Both the position numbers and the translations under genes were made by a program. Shown here one piece after another: positions 47,556-58,500 of a stretch of 64,000 nt of DNA. This DNA is from Prorocentrum cordatum (lineage: Eukaryota). The stretch is from NCBI GenBank assembly GCA_963575745.1, contig CAUYUJ010000316.1:1-64000 (forward strand). Reading direction: 5' to 3'. Under the pieces are notes generated by a model. That model was not told where the DNA came from, did not search any database, and was given only the letters and a program-made list of their open reading frames with translations. The stretch's first letter is position 1. Each line of letters begins with the position of its first letter.

Positions 47556-50500
47556 TCACCCTTGCGTGGCGGGGGCGTCCTCCGGAGCCCCGACCGCGGG
47601 CGCCGTCTCGGTGGAGGCGGAATCCAAGGACTGGGGGGCCTCGGCCGAGGGGGGCTCCTCCTTCTTAACGACGGTGGAGGACTGGCCGAAGTTTGCGAAC
47701 AGGCTGGCTGGCGGCGGCGGCGCCGACGCCGACGCTGCGGCGGAACCGGAGCCCGAACCGCCAGCACAGTTCTTCGAGATGGCCTCCTCGATGTTGCAGA
47801 TGCACTCCAGAACCTTGGACTCCTCCTTCGTGGTGTACCTCTCCATGTGCGTCTTCAGCGTCCTCAGGCGCATAGCTGCGGTCCCGTCCTCGACGCATTG
47901 CACGCGCCAACCGAAGATGGGTTCATCCCCAATACCCATCTCGCATACCACGTAGCCCGCGGGGATGAACACCACAGAGTTGGGAGGCACGGTGCCCTTC
48001 ACGAAGCAACCAGCGTCATGCATCGCGGCCTCGACCTTCACAATCTCTGCCCCGCTAAGCTCCATCTCGAAGAAATCCTCTGCGATGTTGGAGACGGTGT
48101 TGGTCTTGCTCACCTCGACGTCGCCACCGTTGAGATTTCCCATGCAATCGTAGACGAACTCGTAAGGCGCGCACACAATCTCACGACTGCCCTTGTACTG
48201 GTAGCGGATGTTGCCGACGCAGTGGTGCTCGAAACCAACGGACATCATGTCTACGTTGCAGCCCCACTGGCTCAGTGGTGGGGATTGCTTCATCGCGATG
48301 TTGTCGGGGACGAAGGACATCAGCGCTGGCGCCAGCGTGGCAGATACGGTTGGGAGCACTGTGCACTGCACCTTCTTCCGCTGTTTGACTTGCTCTGTTC
48401 CTGGCATTTGCGCCATGAAAGTCGTAGTCGAGGTCTTCACGTGAGGCTTCAACGCAAGGCTCAGAAGCTCGTTCGCGTTCAGGACCACGTACGGCTTGGT
48501 CTTGTCGAGGGTGTTGTTGCGATGGGCCTCGGTGAGCTCCTCCAAATTTCCGAAGCGGCTCATCTTCTGGCAAAGCTCCACGAGCTGGCGGCCAGCGACG
48601 TCGCCCGTGGCGCCCGTGTTTTCCTGCGGCTGGGGTTGCAGAAAAGGCAGAGTCGCCTTCTGAGGCGCAGCGGCCGCCGTCCGCCCAGCCTGCCCGGCGC
48701 CGTTCGAACCTGTCCTCGCCCTCTTGCTGGCCGTGGCGGCGGCGGCGTTGTCGGCCTTGGTCTGAGCCCTGGGAGGGTGTAGTAAGAAGCATTTAGTTCA
48801 GTTTTCAGCTCTGAATCGGCTCTGAAGTCAGGAAAAAACTCCCCCCCTCCTCCTCCTCCATTTCCTCCTCCTCCTCCCTCCCTCCTTCCCTCTCCCTCCC
48901 TCCTCCTCCCTCCTCCTCCCTTTCCGTTTGAACTTCAAAAACATCTGCAAACCTTTGGATGATTGCGAACAACAATCGTTAAACAAGTGTGACCTCCTCT
49001 TCTGCGTCCGCGAAGTATCGACGGCCTTGGACAAGGCCTGCACGCCAGTCTTCACACGGTCCACCAGCTCCTTCGACTTTTTCACGGCGTCCATCACCTG
49101 AGCCTCGAATACCTTGAGGCTCTCCTCGTTCGCCTCGCAGATGTGGTACTCGGCCATCACCGACAAGATCACGAAGGGCTGGCACTCGTCGAGGTCCTGG
49201 ACAGGTAGCGTCTCGCCATCACGAATGAATTGCGCCTGGGCTTCCTGCCACTTCAGAAGAACAATGTGAGCAGACTTCATGTTCATCAGCGCGCGGTCTA
49301 CGACGGCCGGATCCTCGAGAACCTTCTTCGTGGCATTCGCCAGATAGTTCACGATCGTCCGGACGCTCGCTGCCCCCATCCAGCTCCTCACTTCCCGGCG
49401 TCCTTCTAGTGTCGCCCCGTCTCCTTGAGCTTCATCCCGCGGATCCCGCGCCTCGTTCAGGATGTCTTTGATGGCATCTGGGACGTTTGACTGATGTTCG
49501 GATGAAGTCTTCTTGAGAAAGTCCGCGGCCCTGGCGAGGGACGCGAATGTGCTCGATTCAGCCTTGACCTCCTTCTCGAGGTACGCGTCGTCTGGCTTCA
49601 AAGACAACGCCGTCAGGAGCCCCATCCTGGCCTGGGCTGTGGCGAGCTCGTCTTTGAAGTCGTCGGTCTCCGGTCCTGTCATCTTCTCCTTGACCTCCTT
49701 GTACTTCGTGCACACATCAGCCTCGAGCTTAGTCGCCACCTGAATAGCTGCGCCCAACTTGCGGCGGATCTTATTCAGGTTAGTTCCGAAATCGAACGTC
49801 GCTTTGCGCCGCTTGGCGCCGCCAGGACCAGTGCTGCCGCCAGGATTGTCTGTGGGGGACACCTCGGAAGAAGGAGCACCTGGAGGCCCTGCCAGCGGCG
49901 CCACTAGCGGCGCCAGGTCAGCCGCCTCCTCGTCCTCTCCCCATGCTGCCTCAGGCAAGGCCCCGAGCTGGCCATTCGACGGAAAGTGGCGCGTGCCGTC
50001 CGGGGCCGACAGCGTCATCCCGGCCGCCACCGCCTTCGCTTGCCCAAACATTGAATCGGCGTCGGCCTCGAGGAACTGCTTCTTGACATTGCCGCTGCGG
50101 ACAACCTCTGCTCTTTGCTCAATCTCCTTCTCTTTGACTTCGTAATTCTCCATCTCGATGCACATCCACTCGATTTTCTCCCCAGTGACGCGGTCGGTGG
50201 TGGTCGACTTGTGCTCTGGCTTGGTATTGCCCGCGACGTATTCCCACTCCAGCTTGCACCGATGCGCCGACCATCCGTACTCGGTTTTGCAGTGGTTGGC
50301 AAAACCGAAGAATGTCTTCCAAACTGCCTTTCCTCCAGTCACGTTCCTCTTGATGATAGCATCCTTCCTGAAAAACTGAATGGCGTTGAAAGAAGCAGTT
50401 TTTTGGCCCCGCCCTGCTGACTGTTTGACCGTGTGGGCCTGGGTAATCATCTGCAGGAACAGAGGAGAGAGCTCCTGCTTGGCTTTCGTGAACTCCTGCC

Positions 50501-50756
50501 ATTCTTCACCTCTACCTCCTGTTTGCTTTTTCGTCTCGTTGGTGACATTGTTGACGGTTTTCTTGTGCTCGGTGCAGAAGCTGCTCCCCTTCACCTTGAC
50601 GCAACCGCAACCGATGGCACATAAGTTTTCAGTTGCATTGGCAGGGGCCCTCTGACGGCGAGCGCCAGCCGGCGGTTGAGGTGGCGGAGGCACTCCACGA
50701 GCCTCGTCAAGCCCCTCAGGTTCGAACTGGAGCGCCTGCGGAACGTTGTCGCCCAT
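47556..50756 (-). CDS. ~991-aa protein: N-terminal C3H Zn finger, coiled coils, C-terminal JmjC/cupin-like beta-helix
   Basis: Exons 50756-48994 and 48768-47556 are joined in frame by a 225-bp GT-AG intron (AG|GTCACA...CCCAG|G). Motifs CAIGCGCVKVKGSSFCTEH, YQYKGSREIVCAP, TVPPNSVVFIPAGYVV. Start codon uncertain. Confidence 0.75.
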
Positions 50757-51457
50757 GACGGCAGGCGGCCCGGCCGAAGTTGTGCTGCGTAGTTGGTCGA
50801 ACAAAAGGACGCTCTCTGAGGGCAGCCCTCAGCAGCGTAACTGGCTGGCTTCTCGAGCTAAAATCCTACGCCGAGACGACGAATCGGACGACCAGTCGGC
50901 GCAGTGAGAGAAGGCAAGACCCTTGACCTTCCAATTGAGACCTTCGTGGACGTCGTTTGGCCAGCGCATGGCCAACAAGGCTGAGGATGCAGGGGCAGCC
51001 TTGCGGGATCCCTGCATCTTCGTTACAGTTTTCTCCGACCTGCTCCTCCTGATCTTTCCTACCACTCCTTCTCCCTCCCTCCCTCCCCCTCCTCTCTCCA
51101 ACCTCCAACCCTTCCTCATTCCTATCATCATCCTCTCAGGGTCCCTGGCTGCAGCCATACACAGAGAGCGTTTTTGGGGCTGGCAAAAATGGAAGGAAAC
51201 AGAAGTAGGAGGAGGAGAGGAGAAGGCGAAGGAGGGGGAGGGGGAGAAGGGTGAGGAGGGGGAGGGGGAGTATCAGGAGGAGGAGCAGGAGGAGGGGGAG
51301 GAGGGGGATGATTGGTTGTTGTTTGTTCGCTATCGCTACATCCTGGCACCGGGACCGACTCCACGCACAGCGCTGCACCCCATACTGTGAAAGCTCGGTT
51401 GGCCCCGGCGCCGGGCATAAATTTCTGGCCTTGCCAAGGCCCGAAGGCCTGAGGCCA

Positions 51458-53737
51458 TCAGTCTCCGCCCAACCCAGCAGCAGCCAAATCAGGCGTTCCG
51501 AATTGAAAACTCTTGCGCAAGGCCTTGGCCGGTTTATCTGGAGTGGCGACGCGCTTGCGGCACGAGGGAGGAGTGCTAAAAACCTCAGGAGTCTCAGGAG
51601 TACCCAAAGAAGTCGACTGAAGAGAGTCCTCAGTCTCCTCAAGGTTTGGGTCCTGGTCCGGGCTCAGCTTTTTAGCAAGCTCCTCGAGAATGGCTTCGTC
51701 CCCCACCCAGCGGACAGAGCCCAGCACGAAAAGGATGATGTACCCGATCGACGGCTCGTGCATAGCGTTCCCTGCAAGGTCTTTCAGTTCAGCCTCTGCC
51801 AAGGTGTCGAGGACATCTTGAAAGGAGCACCTGAAGGGGTGCCCCTCCTTCTGGTTCTCGAACACCGGCTCCCCCATCATGGCGAGGTGTTGCAGACCGC
51901 CTGCAATTTCATCGGTCGTCATGTTCACGAGCGTCCCGTGGTGACACAAGCAAGGGAGGAAACAACTCTTGCTCCCAAACTTTGGGCTCTGCTCCACATC
52001 AACAATGAAGCTGCCGTCGAAGCCCTGGTACTGTAGCATCTCGGCCTCATAGGCGCGCTTGTGGGTCATCGCATACGGGGGCAGGCATTTGCTCACCGGG
52101 ATGTGCTGGTGCGGCGCGAAACTGTTGCCTTGAGTTGCGGCCTTCTGCGACATCACCTCCCGAGTGTACTCGCGAGGCGCGTCCCAAACACACTGGGGTG
52201 AGGCAACAACTTTACGACCGAACATGCTGAAGAAGTCGTCCCACGAGCGCCCGAGGCAAACAACACCCTTCAGGGTTAGAATGGTGAACTGCCTTGGCCG
52301 CAGCATTGGGAAACCAAGATCCACTGGGGACATGACGGCATGCGTGATCCGCGAATGCCAGAGTGGCATGAAAGGAATGTGGCGAATTCAAGGGCTCCCT
52401 CGAGGGCGCGAAGTTATTCGCGCTTCGCGCTTCGCCGTCCTCCTTCCTCCTCCCCCTCCTCCTCGTCCTCCTCTTCTCCCCTTTGGGAGGGCGGCGCGAG
52501 GGCGCGAAGTTATTCGCGCTTCGCGCTTCGCGCAGCGCGAAGCGCGAACTTAGGAGCCCTTGCGAATTGTTCGCCTTCGAATGAGATAGCGATGGGTGGT
52601 GGTCGGCGGAATGGCGCAGCCATACGGATGTCGTAGACGTGCCCGAACTCCTCGTGCAACCAGCGCCGCGTACATGGGTCTGGAGTGATCTCATGAATCA
52701 CCACATGCGGGCGCTGATCTAGAACGAAGGCGACCCATACCTTCCATGCCCTCATCGAGACTCCGGCCGCTTTCTCTCTCTTGCCACGCCTGCTGACTTC
52801 CTTGCAGACGGTCCCGGCAGACCATATGGTCAAAGGGTCTCCGTCGCCGACATTGGTGCCCATCATCGCTGTGAGCGGAACTCCGGTGCTGTGGCACAGG
52901 CACGGAATGCGATCCTTGAAGATAGGCTCCTTGCTGGCCCGCATGACCACGCCCATCTCCTCGTAGGCCGCCTGCTTCACGTCATTGGCGGCCTCTTCTG
53001 CCGGCGTCAACGTGTCCAGTTGCTCGCGCATGTGATCCGTCAAGAGATCGTTCAAGTCGGAGACGACGTGCATGGGCCTGGAGTCCCCGGTGTGCGCCAT
53101 CAGCACCTTCTGAGCGCACTCCTTCTTCTCAATGGCCAGGCCAGTCTTCATCAGCGGGCGGCCGTGATGCGTCAACAACATGCGATTGTTGTCGAAGACG
53201 TGCTTGAGCTTCCCGAAGGCCGACATCGCCGTCCCCTTCCCGGCGTACTGCTCGTGTAGGAAGACACCGCGCTTCAGATTGAGCTTCAGCGCCATCATGA
53301 ATTCCTTGTTCCCCACAACGGCCTGAAGCGCAGGGGGCCAGGCATCAGGCTGCGCGGCTCTCTCTCTTAGCTAAGAATCGAAGAAAACGCGAATTCAGAC
53401 GTCGTCTGATCCCTGCACCCGCAAAACATATGGCGCCATGCCCCCTGAAAAAACATTGGGCACCGCTGGGGGTCGACTCGTTGCCCCCTGAAAAACATGT
53501 TGGGGCGGAGGCGTTTGTTTTGGTGAGAGCGCGCGATTCCTTCACCCCGCCCAACGCCTGATAGGCGCTGATCGGCCAGGCGAATATGTCCGTGGTGCTC
53601 GCGGGGCCGGGCAACAGGTGCTCGCGGTCATTCCACCAGTTCAGACTGCCCACCCGGTGAGAGCGAATCATCAGCTGGTGCACAGGTGGATCAACTGCAG
53701 CCGCCATCTGCCCATGGTTGCCTGTCTGGTCTGCCAT
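51458..53737 (-). CDS. C5 cytosine DNA methyltransferase (~587 aa), interrupted by a 281-bp insertion
   Basis: Segments 53737-53558, 53322-52630 and 52348-51458, with a GC-AG intron at 53557-53323. Motif I EQYAGKG, II IEKK, IV SAGTVCKEVSRRG, VI VIHEIT, VIII DLGFPMLRPR, X LAGNAM. Confidence 0.82.
52349..52629. mobile_element. 281-bp insertion (MITE-like or non-canonical intron) in the methyltransferase
   Basis: Flanked by a GAT duplication. Contains the IR CAAGGGCTCC/GGAGCCCTTG and a 35-bp direct repeat (52401-52435, 52497-52531). Removing it restores the frame (YD|ITHAVMSPVDLG). Confidence 0.65.
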
Positions 53738-54165
53738 GTAGGGCAAGCAAGATATTCCAATAACGAAGGTGAATCTCAGCTTCTGGGCAAAATGGCAGCG
53801 CTAGGAGGGCCGGAGAGGGTCGATATCCAAACTGGCCTTCAGCGATGCTTCAGTAGCCTCGGGGGTAAGAGTACCCCCAAAGAGGATGGATTTGAGGTTG
53901 AGGAGGACCTCAGGTGCCCGCGGCACACCGTCTCGCGAGGCCGCCCCCTGGAGAAGGGCGCCCTGCGGCCCAGGCCGCGACGCGCGAGGCGCGATTACCT
54001 CCGCGCGCCTCGGGGGGGGGACCTGCCCCAGGTCGCATCTTCGGCATCTTCCGGCCGCCGGTCTTGGGGCCATCTTGGAGTCCTCTTGGGGCCCTTTTGG
54101 GGCCCTCTTGGGCCCTCTTGGGGCCTTGGGGCCCTTTTGTGGAGCCCTACACCAGAAAACTGACA

Positions 54166-54874
54166 AAAACATTGAAAATCACCGAAAACCGCTGAAAACA
54201 GCGAAAACGGTGAAAAAACATTCGAAAATTTGAAAATCACCGAAAACCGCTGAAAACAGCGAAAACGGTGAAAAAACACTCGAAAATTTGAAAAACATTG
54301 AAAACCGCTGAAAACAGCGAAAACGGTTGAAAAAACAAAAAAAAAACAAAAAAACAAAAAAAATAAAAAAATGCGCGAAAAATTGTTTTCCAATGGAATT
54401 CATGCGAAACCGCCGGGGCGGAGTTTCGAGGAGTTTCGAGCTGCTCGAAACCGGTTTCGAGCTGCTCGAAACTGGAGCTCGAGCGCAGTCGCCGAACCTT
54501 AAGGTTTTCATGCTTTTAGAGGCCCCCCGCTCCCGGGAAATGTTTTGCCAAAACATTTCCCGGGAGCGGGGGGCCTCTAAAAGTATGAAAACCTTAAGGT
54601 TCGGCGACTGCGCTCGAGCTCCAGTTTCGAGCAGCTCGAAACCGGTTTCGAGCAGCTCGAAACTCCTCGAAACTCCGCCCCGGCGGTTTCGCATGAATTC
54701 CATTGGGAAACCAATTTTGGCGTTTTTTTTGTTTTTTTTTTTTTTTTGCTTTTTTTTTTTTGTTTTTTCAACCGTTTTCGCTGTTTTCAGCGGTTTTCAA
54801 TGTTTTTCAATTTTTCGAATGTTTTTTCACCGTTTTCGCTGTTTTCAGCGGTTTTCGGTGATTTTCAATGTTTT
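54166..54874. repeat. ~700-bp palindrome with a 1-nt loop at 54548
   Basis: Core arms 54390-54547 and 54549-54706 (158 bp, one G-T mismatch). Outer arms are A-tract/T-tract units, with one extra ~58-bp unit on the left. Confidence 0.97.
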
Positions 54875-55579
54875 CAATGCTTTTGTTTGTTTTCGGGTGG
54901 TTTCACCCCCCTGGGAGGGCCCCAAGACGGCTCCAAGAGGGCCCCCACGAGGAGGGGGAGACAGGATGAGACCCCAAGAGGGCCTCTAGAGGGTCCCAAG
55001 AGGGCACCAAGATGCCCCTGGCGATTTGGGGGTGCACCCCCAAATTGGGAAGCCTCCGTTGTTCAAGTGTGGTGCCCATCGGTTTGCTTGCATATTGATT
55101 TCGCATAGCAAAGACCATGTTTTTTCGCCCAAGCCGACGTGACAAAAATGTGCGGACGGCTCTCATCGGGAAACCCCGGGAGGAGGAGGGAGGAGCCTGT
55201 AACGGGCGACCCGCGCGGGTCACCCGGCACCTCTGGCACGGCGTGGGCCTTCCTGGCTCTGGCACGGCGTGGGCCTTCCTGGGCATCTCCCAGGCCCCGA
55301 AGACGGCTCCAAGACAGCCCCAAAGAGGCCCCAAGAGGGCAACAAAGGGGGGCCCTCCTGCCCGCTGACCTCCCTCCGCCCTAGGAAGAGGGGCAAGGGC
55401 ACGGCAGGGGGGCGGAGGGGGGCCAGCCCTCCTCCTCCTCCTCCTCCCTCCTCCTCCTCCTCCTCCTCCTCCTCCTCCTCCTCCTCCTCCTCCTCCTCCT
55501 CTCCTCCCTCCTCCCTCCTCCCTCGCCGCCCTTCTTTCCACGCCCTCTCTTCCTTCTCTCCTTTTTTATCCCAGTCTAA

Positions 55580-58500
55580 TTAAGAGCTGGAGCTCTGGCT
55601 ACCACTGCTAGAACTCGAGCTGTCACTGCCACTAGATGCGCTAGCAACCTTCCGCGACTTGGGGCCCCTGCCCCGTTTACATGCAGGCTGCTGCGATGAC
55701 GCAGTGATTTTCCGCTTCTGCCTTGCAGGAGGCCTTGGCTCATGATAAGTTGGATCAAGCCTACCGACCTCCAGCTCCTTCATGGTGGGCAAGCCAACGA
55801 ACAACACACTGTTGGGGATGTCCATGTGCACGTCTCTAGTGGCACAATCCATACACATGTTGAGCCACCGACAGCATGCCCTCTGAACGTTCAGATCTTG
55901 AGGGCCATTCACTTTGCCCCTGAAGCTAATAGTCCGCGTGCATCCCGTCCTTGGCTGCCCTGGCTTTTGGTGAGCACTCTGTCGGCAACATGTCGCCTTC
56001 CACGTGCTCGGAGGGATAAAAGCTACATAATGAGGGCCCCAGTAGAATGATTTCTCGTGTGGTGGATTTCGGGAGAAGCGTGTCGTAGCTGGGGTCTGAG
56101 TCTTGCGACTCTCGTGGCTGACGCGCGCCGTCGCCGCCGAGCGCGGGGCGGCGGGGGCGGCCCCCCCAAGGCACTCGTTCACAGCCTTCTCAAAGTCGAT
56201 AGCCCTCTTACTGGCACTGGCGCCCGCCTTGGCCTCGGCCTCGGGCTCAGCCGTTGGTCCAGGGTCCTTCGGCATCGGCTTGTCGAGCTTCTCTGGTCCA
56301 GGCTCGGACTCTGTCTCCTTGGGCTTGGGCGGCGGGCCCTCGCCGCATGGCGGCCCGAGCGGCGCAACGGGCGTCCATGTCTTAAGATCCTTGCTCTTGG
56401 GCTCGGCCTTGCCCGGCTCTGCAATAGTCGGCGGTTTCATTGTAAAGCCACCGTCGTCATCTACGGTAAGACGTTTTTGCTTCCTTGTCGGCGCAGTCAC
56501 GCCGATCTTGACCAGGAGGTCGTTGTAATAAGCCGAATCCCGGAAGTGCTCGATACACTCGATGCCATGGTCGCGAAGCTCTTGCCAGAATGCCAATGCC
56601 AACAAACACGCCCTGGAGGGCACTCCCGATGCCCTCCACCAGAAGACCTTGGGCATCTTCTCTTGGCTGATCATTGTGGGCGGAACTCTCTCGCGGAACT
56701 TTGGTATCTGGATAACCCACCCATCGTTGCGTATCTTCTCGATGAGCTCCCAATTGGTCATGTCCTCCAACGCCACGTCACTTCGGCCCTGAGTCACGGG
56801 CCTGGGATTAGACAGCGTGATGGAGCACCTAATCGACGAAGCCCCTTTCTCTGTGATCTGCCACGCTCGTCGTGTATCGCCATGCTCTTGGCGCGGCAAC
56901 TGTTTGACTGCGCCCTCTGATTGCAACTCCTCCAGCATCTCGTGAAGCTCGGCATGACTGTCGACCTCGATGTCAAGCTCCAGCGCTCGAGGTTCTTGCG
57001 AATCGTCTTTCGACTCCCAAGCCTGGGCGGCCATGCACGCTCCCAGCGCTGTAGACGCCCGCTTGCCGTCGACCTTCGAGTTCGATGTGGAGTAGGCCAA
57101 GCACGGGTCCCTGTCCCATATTGTGATTGATTGCACGTCCACGGTGTCATTGAGCATGTAAGCAACGCTCTCCCGCTTGCGGTGTTCGGCAGATGGTTGC
57201 AAGTCGATGGTGAGTTGCTCTTTTCTCGCATCCGAGGACGTGATATCATGAACGCAGACTGCCTTGGAGCGTACGGACAGGCCAGTGTCGAAGTCCGTGT
57301 GAGCCCTCTTCATCTTACTTGGATTCCTCTGTGTAATCCGAAAAGCGAAACACTTCGACTCTGGCTCCACAATCGCCTCTTGGGTCCCCTTGCAGCCAGT
57401 GCCAAGGCCATTCTGCATGAGATTCCCGTCATCCTGCTCGAACTCCAAGATCTCGGCACAGTCCAACTCGGCCATGATTTCTGCAAGCACCTCTGGTGGC
57501 AACTCAGCGTCACCACCAACGCCTACTTCAGTCATCTCGTCCACGAGCTCTACGTAGCAGGTACCCGGGTCTCTGACATTAGGTCGACTGAACAGTGGCT
57601 CGAAGATGGAGGCGCCAGTGGAGGAAATGCCAGGGCACACCACAGTGTAGAAGCTCCCCGGGCCTGCGGTATCTTCGAAGTGGGCGGCTTTCAGTTGGCG
57701 GAATACCTTACCCAAAACTTCCGAAATGTCAGCGTCACTATTCGTAGCAAATTTGCCGCCACCGTCGCTGCCGCCCTTGCCTCCTCCTGGGCCCCCAGTC
57801 GGGGGCGGCGGCGGCGGCCCGCCGCTGCCGCTGCCTCCGGGTCCATGTCCACCTCCGCTCGGGCCTGGCGAGCCGCCGCCGCCCGGGCCGCTGGCTCCGG
57901 GAGCTCCGTCGCCACCTGGCAGGTCTGGGCCCCCGCCGCCGCCGCCTCCTCCTGGCGGCTGACCCGGCCGCGTGAGCGTCACTCCCTGCACGTTGGCGTA
58001 CTGCGTCGGCGCGTCGCAGCGATAAACAACCTGATTCACAACAGAATGCGGGATCGTTGCGTCCAGTCTAACGCCATTGGTCGTTGCAACCAGATAACCT
58101 TGCACCAGCGGGTGGTTCATCAGGCCCAGACTCGCTGCCACGCTTCGCCGATCAGCGACGCCCTTGACGCAATCTACGAGCTCGTCAGCGAATTCCGCAT
58201 GCGCCTCAAGAATCTCGTTCTTCCGAAGGGTCAAGCTCGCGTAAGCTGGACTGTGGTTGTGGCAAATCCTCAAGCGTTGGCTCACATAAGCGTGAAGTCG
58301 TTCAACGCCGACCTCGAGGTTGGGGGTGAACAGGAATCCGTTGCGGTAGTGGCGAAGCTCTGGCAAGTGACATAAGTCGACCCCTCTGATAAACGTAAGA
58401 ACCTGTCGACGGAGCGCACCTGTGGGCTTCCAAAAGAAAACTTGCTCCTCCTCCTCTTCCTCATCCTCCTTCTCGCAATGCTCCCCATCATCCTTTTCGG

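Noticed and set aside
54166..54874. Palindrome as a replicated hairpin telomere of a linear virus or plasmid, or its mirrored ORFs (54179-54703, 54327-54989) as genes
   Set aside because: Genes on both sides keep the same orientation and are not mirrored, no protelomerase or capsid gene is visible, and the ORFs are palindrome by-products.
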